From Antedon mediterranea (lineage: Eukaryota > Animalia > Echinodermata), in NCBI RefSeq assembly GCF_964355755.1, contig NC_092672.1:32122437-32186436 (forward strand): a stretch of DNA of 64,000 nucleotides. Reading direction: 5' to 3'. The notes under the pieces were generated by a model, which was not told the DNA's origin, made no database searches, and was given only the letters and a program-made list of their open reading frames with translations. Position numbers and translations under genes: made by a program. Of this stretch, positions 13,301-25,300 are shown piece after piece; within the stretch, counting starts at the first letter, position 1, and each line of letters begins with the position of its first letter.

Positions 13301-16300
13301 CTCTGTTTTGTACATTAATTGATGCAATGACCTTTACAATTCTTGTGGTTAAACATACTATACATTTCTATTGACTGAAAACAATTATATTTTCAATATT
13401 GAAAATAAAAAGAGGGTGTAACAACATCATGTGTATGAGTTCAATGTCAAAATAACAGAATACATTTGGTTAAGTTGTTTCTCTATACATACACCCACTG
13501 CAGATTATTTTCTTAACACTGCAGTTTGAATAAGATTTTTATTTTTAACATGTATGTATTCAACACAATAGGGGTATTGATAAACTTCGCAAACCCCGGA
13601 AACCTAAAAAAACTCCGATTGAACAAACATAAATTTGATTGAATCAGTTGCGGGGTTTAGTAATACAGGTTTGCATGGTTTAGCATTACCCATAGAATAG
13701 CTTATACTTCAGAACATGAACATTCATTAAATGATTAGAAGAAAGTATGCTTTCAAACTAAAGCTCTGTGTACAGTACACTATCAAACTTACTTTATGTG
13801 ACAAAATAATATAATGTGCCAATCTATGGACACAATGATGTCATACAGTATCACTACCATATTTGGGCATATCACACTTTTTTGTCACATACACTTTCAT
13901 GGTGTAGACAGAGCTTAAGCTCAGGTACTGTAGTGATGCGTTTATTAGCCAATGAAATCCTACGACTATAACTGGGCTCGAACCAATGACTATAACAGGG
14001 CTCGAACCAATGACTATAACTGGGCTCGAACCAATGACTATAACTGGGCTCGAACCAATGACTATAACTGGGCTCGAACCAATGACTATAACTGGGCTCG
14101 AACAAATGACTATAACTGAGCTCGAACCAATTACTATAACTGAGCTCGAACCAATGACTATAACTGGGCTCGAACCAATGACTATAACTGGGCTCGAACC
14201 AATGACTATAACTGGGCTCGAACCAATGACTATAACTGGGCTCGAACCAATGACTATAACTGGGCTCGAACCAATGACTATAACTGAGCTCGAACAAATG
14301 ACCCTGTAATTGATAAGCAATATAGTGGCCACAGTGCCATTAACTCTGTTCATAAATTAAATTTTAAATTTTAATGGGTAATTAATTGAACGTATAAATG
14401 CCACACCCGTAGAGTTGATTATTACAACACAAAGCATCGTCGTTGCCAATTTACTTCTCGCCCATTAGCTACTAATTTGCATATGTTGTGTCATCATTTG
14501 TTTACATAGTTAAATCAAATCCAATATTAAATTCATACAATTTTAGAAAATCTGATTTATTTTCATATGCAAATAAATCTGTTAAAAAAATCTGTCACAT
14601 ATTTTTAGAATAAAATCTAAAATTTAGATGATTAATAATAATATTAAATTAAAACTGAAAAAAAAATTAAATATACAGTAACTACTGTAGCCTACAATTT
14701 TGCTAATAAAATATAGGCCAGGAAAATCAGTTTTAACTAAAACAGGAAGACCTTATTCATTCCAAGATGGCTACAAACAATACAAATTGCCACTTAAGTT
14801 AAAGTATATTCAGCAAAATTTAGCATTTAAAAAAAAAGGTATCTTTTATCTTGGATTGAATTTTGATACAAATATCTAGATAGAATATTTCAGATTAAAA
14901 AATGCAGAGGTTGCACACCACAAACACTTTTGTTTCTAATCATTAAAAACAGCCATCATGGAAAATAAAAGTATTCAAGTTAGTATTTCATATTTGTGCA
15001 ATAATTTTCTCTGTCTTCTGTTAGACTGCTTATGGCAGGCCAAGGTCGATTTGTAATGAAATATGCCATAGAGATGATGGCCTGATGTTATTCAGAGCTG
15101 ATGTTATTCAGAGCTGATGTTGAAGATTTTGAATAAATGCATGAATTAAGGCTAGGGAATGATGTGTATTTTCTAATAGGCAATTTAAATTAGTTTTGTT
15201 ACCATAGGGATAGTGTGAATTCTCCACTGCATTTATTTGGCTGCGATGCTCACTATATCATTAACAATGTAAAAATCTCCTGGGTTGGTTAGATGCAATT
15301 TTGTTGCAATTTTATTTACTTCCCTTTTTTACCTCGATTCGTCCAGGGGCGTTGCATTAAAGGGCGTTGCCTACTAGACTACAGTAAATTTATTTCGTGC
15401 CTGCTTTACCTGGATAAACCAAATTTCTGATAGAACATACATAACTCATCCAGGTCAGATGTTTTACCCTACTCTGATGTATTGTACTTGTATGTACTGA
15501 TGAATTAAACAAAAATTCTTGTGTAGGCACAAACTCACGACCTTCGGGTCACTAGTCTGACCTCTATATTTTTATTCCAAAAGGGCAAGAACCACAAATA
15601 TAGTTGCCATATTATTGTTTAAGCGCAGTGAAGTTTTTAGAATTTTAAATATATTATTAATAGGCAATAATAACATAGTGAACAATTTCAAAATGCCACT
15701 ACTGAAAAAAAAGACACTGAATAAACTCACTGAATTTACTCTGTTTTACTGTAATTTAGCCAATTATTAAATTGTTCCCCTTGAAAATTGGACAAGGGTG
15801 GGGTCAGTTTAGAATTAATCACACTTCCTAGAAAGGAGTGCAGCAGATTAATTGAGTTTTAACACGTACATCAATTCTTCACAATTTGAGATGTAAAAAC
15901 TATTGTATGCAAACATTTTATTTAAAACCTTGTATTTTACTGGTTCTTTTGTGTTTTATACTCACTTAGTATCTACACCTTCAGCTCTTTATGATCTTAA
16001 GTACATTTTATCAACCTTTTTAAGAAAACCCTTCTTTTTAAACTTTCTAATTGTTCTTAATTTGGCGGAGTAAAATTCAACAAAAGAAACAATTCTTTAA
16101 ACACTTTTTGGTCATTGTAGTCTATTGTGATCCACAAATAGACAATTTTTGTTCATGATGACTTGAACAAGAACTTTTCTTAGAAGTGAAATAAACATGT
16201 CCGACTGTACTATATTTGAAAGTGGTATTAATTGTGCAGTCGATCCTATTTTGTGCTATTATATTATACTTTAATCACAAACTGCTTATAAAGGTTTGAA

Positions 16301-19300
16301 TCTATTTGTGGATTTCAGGATAATTTAGATAATATCCTACTTTTCAAATGCAGTTATACTACCAGATGGGAAGGCTCAAATTATTTACCCACTGTACTAA
16401 AAGCTAAATCTTTTTCATAATCATATCTTTGATTAAAGTTTATATAATACAGTGTTTGAATACTTTTTTTGCAAGTACTGTAATTGATTGATTGAGAAAA
16501 CATTTGAGTACTGTATTTTTAAATGAAATTCTTATATTTTTTAATTTAACGTTTTTTAGTTGATAATATAAAAAAAAACTGTAAAAAAGTGAGGCAAATG
16601 TTAAGATTATATTAGAATAGAAGAGAACCTAACCTTTTTAGGGCCCGTTTCTGCTGCCAACCCAAAATATACCGTATAAATATACCGTATAAATATACCG
16701 TATATATACCGTATATGAAATTCGTGGACCGTTTCCGCTGCACATACTTCGTGGGTGGGTTGTAAAAAAGTTGGCTTTCATTACCCAAAATGCATTTCGT
16801 GAGACGGAAGTATGGATTGACCTCGTGTAGTGAGGTTTTTACCTACCGGTACATGCTGACAAAAACAAAACAATGATGGTTTCTCAAAACGTCGTAGCAT
16901 TGCTTTCTATTTTAAATCTAATGAGCAGAAGTGGCAACGAATTTACACCGCACATACAAGCACAATCTAGAAATGTCACTATAAATAAACTCTGTTATTC
17001 AAATTGAGTTTATATTATGCTATATTATCCTATATTGCCGTTTTAATTTCCATTTTCTATTATACAGTATTTTACCATGATTTTACATCACGTTGTTGTC
17101 GTGTAAGAACATTCGATTTATTGTAATTAAAATCTCGGTATCTCTTCTGTTGCCATGCAGTCTCCCCCCAACTTTCGCTTCCCCCCACAATTGAATTGCA
17201 AAAATAGTGATTTGTTCGGTCCACAGTGACATTTTGATCTGTTGCTTGCTTTTACATGTGTGTTTCAACTTTCAATGCAGCAGAAAAACCAAAACAAACG
17301 CGTCGCGCTCTGTTAGTTTTTGACCTCGTGTCATGAGTCGGGTCACATTTACGGTATATTTTGAGTGCAGCAGAAACGGGGAACGAAATATACGGTATAT
17401 TTTGGAATATACCGTATAATATCCATAAACGATGGGGATATTTATGCAGTATATATACCGCAAATATATACGGTATATTTTTTATGAGACCCATTTCTGC
17501 TGCCAAAAAATATACCGTATATAAAATATACCGTATATATACGGTATATTTTTGGCAGCAGAAACGGGGCCTTAGTACTACAGTAAGGTAACAGTACTCC
17601 TTGTATTTTGTATACTGTACCATGGTGGTCTATTGCTAAAAATAGACTTACCACATGCATGTTAGCTTTTTATAGTTGACCAACAAAAAAATAAATGTTT
17701 ATGCCTAATATAGTAATAGCATCAATTTATATTTTTACCACAAATTTAACATTAGTAATAATAGTATTACAAATTATTACTCCGTCTCTATTCATTACAA
17801 ATTCTGAACATTTAAATTGCTTTTATATTTTCCCACAAACGTGGAGGTTGTGAATTAGTTAGTCAATGGTCCGTGAATTTTCAGTCTACTGTTTTGGAAG
17901 CGTTATTCACTAGCCTAACCACATCATGGCTTGGACAACACTGAGTTGGAAGGTTGCCATCTTTTGAAATGGGTCAATTTTACTTGCCTAGTAAGCTGAT
18001 TACCTTCGAACAAAAGGTACACTCAAACATGTTGTTTTTTATGCATTTTTCCGCAGTTCCGGACAATTAAAACGCACGAAACAAAATGAATTAAACAGTT
18101 GATATAGTTTGGTTTTAAATGCAACCTTGGGTTCCATTATTGCATGGTTTTAAGTTTAATATATCATGTGATTTTTAGAAAAACAGTCTGTGTTTTGCTG
18201 ATATCCATTTGAATGCAATCTTAGCTATGATGTGGCAGGTTAGGGATCAGCTCAGAAAATCATTCAATTCGTGGTTTCTTTAAAACTGTACAGCATTATT
18301 ATGCAAATAGCATTGAAAAATATAATGGAGGTTATTGATTCAGAAGACAATGCTGTTACTATGGTGGTAGGAAATAAAAGAATGGAGGTTACAGTAATAG
18401 AAATAACATATCATAACGTTTTATTTTCTAAAAATAGCAGTTTTCCCATAAAATTTGATAATGAATGATAATGCATAACAATAACATTTACCATTATCCA
18501 TAAAGTAAGATAGAAAACACATTAACGAATAAAATCATTTGAATTGATTTTTTTTTTTCAAGTTATAAAATAATAGACAATTTTAAATACAAGTTATTAA
18601 GCTCTGTTTACACTATAAAATTACAGTAATTTGACAAAAAAGTGTGATGTGCCTAAATATGGTAGTAATATGACATCATAATGTCCATATATGAGCACAT
18701 CACAAAAAGTTTGATAGTGTAGACCGAGCTTTACTCTTGATCGGTTAGGAAAATGGCTTTATTGGAAATTCAAACCCTTTTCATTTATTTTACCTAATAA
18801 TTTTAAAACGTTTGGCATTTTTACACTGAAATTTGAGCAGTGCACTGGACAGTAACAAAACGATTTGATATGATTGGTAGTTATTGGATGGAATCGGCAA
18901 CAAATGACATCTAATTAGAATTATATTGATATTGATTAATAATTGTCATAATGATATTTGGTTATTTTATAATATACGTGTTATAATAGTAGGCATTCCA
19001 GAATATTGTAATTAATCTATATTGAGAATGTTGGAAGAAAAGCAATCAGAAAACTACAATAGGAACTCAAATAATGATTGTATCTCAGTCTCAAGAAATA
19101 CAATAAATATGTAAAAAAACTGACAAATTTAGTAATAAAATGATAAACAATTTTCACTATAGTAATTACGGTAAATAACAACAACACAAATCATATAAAT
19201 CAACAAAAAAAAAGCATTGTAATTTGTAAAATGTGTTTTTTTTAAAACGAAATATGCTTTGTATAGTCGAACAAAAAACCTTTAAAATCAATGCAATTCA

Positions 19301-22300
19301 AAAAATATGTTTTTGTAAACGAAATACTGTATCTGTTTTTGTGTTATCAGTAAACTATATTCATGTGTTATGGAATTATTGATGTACTATATATGAATTT
19401 GAATTCGCATTTCAAGAATTATGTGCATAAAATTATACAGCAACATGAAAAATACGCATTTGATGAACTCTGACCGTAGCAACGTTTGAATATTACACGA
19501 TTAACATTTTAGTCATTGGCATATGCTGTTTGATTGAATATTTAATGGAGGCTATGCTGTTGTTTAATATTATGCCACAGATGGCCTTTCAAGCTGACGT
19601 AAATCTATTCTCTTGAGCTGATGTTAATTTCCGTTGAGAGAATGACTAGCTTTGTAACCACCATAATAAGGCCAACTGGAAGGCTGTATTTTAGCATTTG
19701 AAATGATTCAACTAACATTTTTTGTTACTTGATGGAAGGAAATTATACTTCAATCTTGATCAAACCAACTTTAGGCGAACAAATATTGACGTATTTTTGT
19801 CATAGGAAAAAAAAAGCATAAAAATGGAAAAAACAGAAGGCAGCTGAAGGCTAAAACATTCTGAATACAGAGTATTCATACAATATTAAAAGGCATAAGC
19901 TCTGTCCACACTATCAAACTTAATACAGAGTATTATATAATATTAAAAGGCATAAGCTCTGTCCACACTATCAAACTTAATACAGAGTATTATATAATAT
20001 TAAAAGGCATAAGCTCTGTCCACACTATCAAACTTAATACAGAGTATTATATAATATTAAAAGGCATAAGCTCTGTCTACACTATCAAACTTAATTTGAC
20101 AAAAAATGTGATGTGCCAATATATGGACTTCTGATGATGTCATTTTATATTTTATTTTTGTTGTAAATATGTTTATTGAACCACTTTGGAAATCAGTACA
20201 TTTGTATTGAAATTGAAAGAAAGAACAAATAAATAAATAAATAATTATCACTACCATATTTAAGCATATCACTACCATATATGGGCACATCACACTTTTT
20301 TTGTCAAACTAGTTTGATATTGTAGACAGAGCTTAATAAAAGAATGTTAAAAACATGAAACATTTGGTTTTATGTTCCAAATTTTTGTTGTGACGAAGAA
20401 CATATTTACCATACAAAACATGAAAATGATATTTTAAAAGTTTAGTTGCTGTTTACACCATACAGAGCATGTGACAACTGCAGGAATTTTTATGGACATT
20501 GAATGACAAGTTTCAGTTTGATAAAATTAATACAACCCATTTGATAAAAATAAATTGTTAAATTGGGGGGTGGGGGGGGGGGTGTTATGAGAAAATAAAA
20601 TACTTAAGCAATTCTTGCAATTCAACAAATAATGTTATAAAATTACTTTATGTTGACTTTGTAATTGAAATTAATATTTTTTAGTATAAAATTTTTAGTA
20701 TGACCAGTAATTAAAGGCTTATTTTGCAATGATTTTGACTCAAAATAAACACATATAAAATGAAATTGTTTTTATTTTGTATTACAGTATACAAAAAGAG
20801 GGAATTTACATTATTAAAAAAAACAATTTTTAATGCAGTCCAATAAGTGGTTTTAATAATAGAAATGCTAAATTAGTTTGTACACATAGAGTACACATGA
20901 CCAATGGCTTTACATCCCATCTGAAGGATGAGGCAATAGAAGTAATTTGCCTTTAAAGGATAGTAATCAATACAACACTGACAGGTGTTGAACCCTTGTC
21001 TCTTTAGTTACATAAGTTAAATTATAATTTTCCAACTTGATATTTTTCAGATATGGAAGAGTTGAGAATGTTAAAATTTTAACCAAGAGAGACTCTGATG
21101 GTAGCCCTACCGCTTTAGTTGACTTTTTGGATATAAATGCCGCCACCAAGGCTCACGATGCTGTTATCAAATTAGGTGATCGTGATTTACGAATAGAATA
21201 CAACAACCCAGACCGTTCACCCAACTCATTAATACCTGATGAGTCGACGGCAGCACGTCATCGGGATTACGAGAGTCGCCATGCACGGTACGAACGTCGA
21301 AGTGAAGGGTAAGTTACGGTGGTTGAAACGTAGACAGTTGAATGAGAAGCTTTTTACCGCCACCACCACCCTCTGTGTTTTATATCGTGATGTGCAAATG
21401 TACCTGCACGCTATCATGTACTTCCTATAGCACTGGGAAAGCCCTTTCCCATGCCGAAACGGGAAACTAGCATTCCCACGACTGTATATTGTTACCATTC
21501 TTTTAGCATGAGTTGTTGTCTTACCTTGTTTCTATGTTAACTACACACATGTTGTCTGGGACAACTCAACATGGACACCTTGTTGCACTCGGAATTGAAC
21601 TATGACCTTTTAACTTTTTTTTTTGTAAAAATGTGTCAGCATAGCATTAGTGTACTGTAAATAGAAACACAAACACAAGTAATCCAAACTTTATACATAA
21701 ACTTCTTTTAATTGTTCTATGGATTTATATCGGATTTTTAACTTGTTCTTTTGAATACTATAGTATATTGCGCTATAGCATTGTGGAAAATAACAATAAG
21801 CAGAAACTGCAAATTAGTATTTTCTTAGTAACTTTTGAGTACCATATTCTTTGTCCTAAACACAATGAAATTCTTACACCGAGGCATTCTATATCAGGAT
21901 TTAATAGTGCTTCCGAAACTGGTGCTTGGAATTTTAGGTTCAGAATTTATTCATTGGAAATATTGTGCAGGTTGAGTATAAATAGGGTGCCAGGCTTTAG
22001 ACACATACTGGATATAGTGTAGGCGCACTGCAACTCAATATTGGAAATATGACCGATTGGAATTATTCTCGGATTATACCTTCCTATTGGATTAATATGG
22101 ATGATTAAACAGTGTGCAGGGCGCACTGACATTCTCTATTGGATTATTATACAGGGTGCAGGGCGCACTGACATTCTCTATTGGATTATTATACTGGGTG
22201 CAGGGCACACTTTTCTATCTTGGATTATGTACGGTATGCAAGGTGTACTGTAATTCTGGGATTATTATACAATGTACTATGCATTCTTGGATTATTATAC

Positions 22301-25300
22301 AGAGTACAGGGCCCATAAACTATCGGATACTTATACTGGGTAGAGGTCAAACAATACCTGGTGCGGGGTACAAAACAATGGAAAATACCTGGTGCGGGGC
22401 ACAAAATACTGGAAATTACCTGGTGCAAAGAACAAGACACGATATACTGGAAAATACCTGGTGTAGGGCAAAATCTACTTGAAAATACTCAGTGCATGTC
22501 ACAATCTACTGGAAATTACCTGGTACAGGCAACAATATATTGGATAATACCCGGAGCAGGGAACAATCTATTGGAGAGTACTTGGTCCATGGCACAATAT
22601 ACTGGACAAAATCGGGTGCAGGGAACAATCTACTGGATTATACCTGGTGCAGGGAACAACCTACTGGATTATATCTGCTGCAAGGCAAAGTCTATAGGAA
22701 AAATATTGTAGAGTACCTTGCGCCACAGCAAAACAAACTATGGAATATATTGCTGTTATCTTTAAATGGATTTTTACGAGACTTCAATAATTCCAGAACC
22801 AAATATAAATCCCTTATCAGAGATAAATTTTGATTTAACCTTTCACATATAGATTTAATTACTGTATACACTCTCTACCCACATGGAATCGGAATCCCTA
22901 TGGATTATATGGATTATTAAGTCCAATCCCATAAGATGTTATTATGGATCTTGATCCTATTACTTAAACTGTTATGGTCTGTTTTAGTTTTTAATATTCA
23001 CATTATTTTTCATATCTGATTATTTTAATTTAATAAAGAAAGACATTAATCTGACATGGAACTGTGATGATGTGACCATTTATTTTAAAATACAAGAAAT
23101 AGTTATTGAGAAAAAAGACAATGAGTTTATTATATGTCTATGGATTCTAAAAAAAAATGCTCTTTAGTAAAATGCAATTCATTCACTATTTTTTTATAAT
23201 AAAGAGAGGTAACTACAGCTCAGGTATAGACATAAATTTTAAATATAATATCTGGTTAAATGTACATAAAACAAATATGTGTAACAGAAATCACAACGAA
23301 AAAACATGAATTTCCTTTTTAATTGCAAAATACAAAATTTTGCCAAATTCTGCTATATTGTATAAAGCCAGACAGACTTTTTCTCTAGAAAGTGAAAAAA
23401 AAGCAAAAACATGTGGTGGGTATACATTGGATAATTTTTGCTATAGCATAAAAATCAAAATCTGAATTTTTTGCCCGCAGCTGCCCTTTAATAATAATGC
23501 AATATAAAATAATTATTGATTATTTAAGGAGAAATAAAGATTGTTCAAAGTTTAAAAGGAAGCAGAAATCTAGTACTTGCATGCAAATGATATCAGACAT
23601 CGTAAAAAAATAGATCGCCAACTGCAGTGTTCCATTTCATGAATAAGAACATTTTCAATTAATTTGTGAAATATACCCAATAGTAGTCGTCTGAATATTT
23701 TCATGAAAATTATACCGGATAGCAATCGCATCATTACATCTATCACGTGAACTACTGCATTTAGATCAATCATTACCGAGAGATTACTTCACTGACGAGT
23801 TTAATTTATTCTACGCAGGGTACGAATAATTCAGAGAAAACAAATTTCACGCTACCCTGGGAAAGTTAGAATTTTAATCTGACAGTATTTATTACGCGGT
23901 GACTGCGTATTTATTATGGAACTCGTCGCGAAAACATGTTTTAATAGTTTAATTTTAATGCATTATTAGAAGGATAAAATTAATGTTTAAAATTCTGTGT
24001 ATGTAAACATTGTATTTCTTAATTAAAGTTTCAAGTCAAACTCCATCTTCATTGTCGGGTAAAATGAATAATTTTTATTATACGGTAGTATTCAGATTTG
24101 TTTAAATATTCTCTCAACAAGATGAAAATAAATATTGAAATTTTAAGTAAAATTAACAAAATATTTGTTGATCATGAGTGTAGGAAATAGAATGTTTTGC
24201 TACAGTTCAATCATTTTCTCACAGTGTTGTTGCCAACTTTCTGGGAGAAAGTTATTTCTTTTTTATTTAAAAATATTAGCATCATCGTCATCTGCTCTGT
24301 TATCATCTGTCCCTGCCAATTTTAGATTATGACTGACTAAAGGCCCATTTACACTAGGACGATAACAATCGACGATAAATAAACAAATGCATTGCTCATA
24401 CATAAAACAAAAGAAATCTAAAAAGTTTTTATTCTTGGACTATTTACTTACAGTAGGAACCATCTATGCTTCCTTTGATGAAAATGATATTTTCAGACGT
24501 CTAATCAAATGACGTCATGATTAGTAAGAGTAATAATATCGTGACAATACAACGATATTTTTTGTTTATTGATCATGACGTCATTTGATTGGATTTAAGA
24601 AAAAATATTATTTTATCAAAGACAGAATAAATGAGTATTCTATAATTCTAGAACGAAAAACTTTCTAAATTATTTTGTTTTATATAAGAAAAATATATGC
24701 TTATCTATTTATCGTCGATCGTTATCGTCCTAGTGTAAATGGGCCTTTAGGGAACAAAACTAATGAACGGTAGACATACAGTACAGTATATAAATTAAGG
24801 CACCGAAATCACTGTATGTCTATTACATAAGATAAGATAAATCTTTATTGTCATGAACACAACAAGGCGAACATGATGCTTAAAAACACATACAATATAT
24901 AAAACATTACAAATATCAATACAATACATTAAAACTATATACAGGAGAAAACAAGTTAACAAACTATCTTTGGAATATTGTGTTGGAAACATGAATAGAG
25001 TTGTGGACAAATGATTTCCTACATCGAGTGGTATTGCACATTAAAGGACGAATTCTACCTGATTTATTAACAACATATTTATCATTCAATGGGTGTGAGT
25101 TATCTTCCATTATTTTCTTACCTTGGCTAATAACATCGCGCCTGTAATAGATAGACATAGACTGTATATTATGTACAATCTTATGTACAGTACTTTGAAT
25201 GCAGAGTGGTGATAATAATGGGTTTCCATAAGTCAATATTTACAGAAAAAGTTAAATTTGCAGTTTTAAATCATTAATTTCATTCTACAGTAGTGTAAGG

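Noticed and set aside
13841-14353. Long repetitive ORFs (170/141/107 aa) and a CRISPR-like appearance
   Set aside because: Products of a stop-free 24-bp tandem repeat. Units are contiguous with no unique spacers, there are no cas genes, and the site is a eukaryotic intron.
20564-20582. Poly-G run as a functional G-quadruplex
   Set aside because: Simple homopolymer of a kind common in such genomes; no supporting context.
22114-22833. Three ORFs of 113-122 aa
   Set aside because: Translations of a degenerate minisatellite in different frames.
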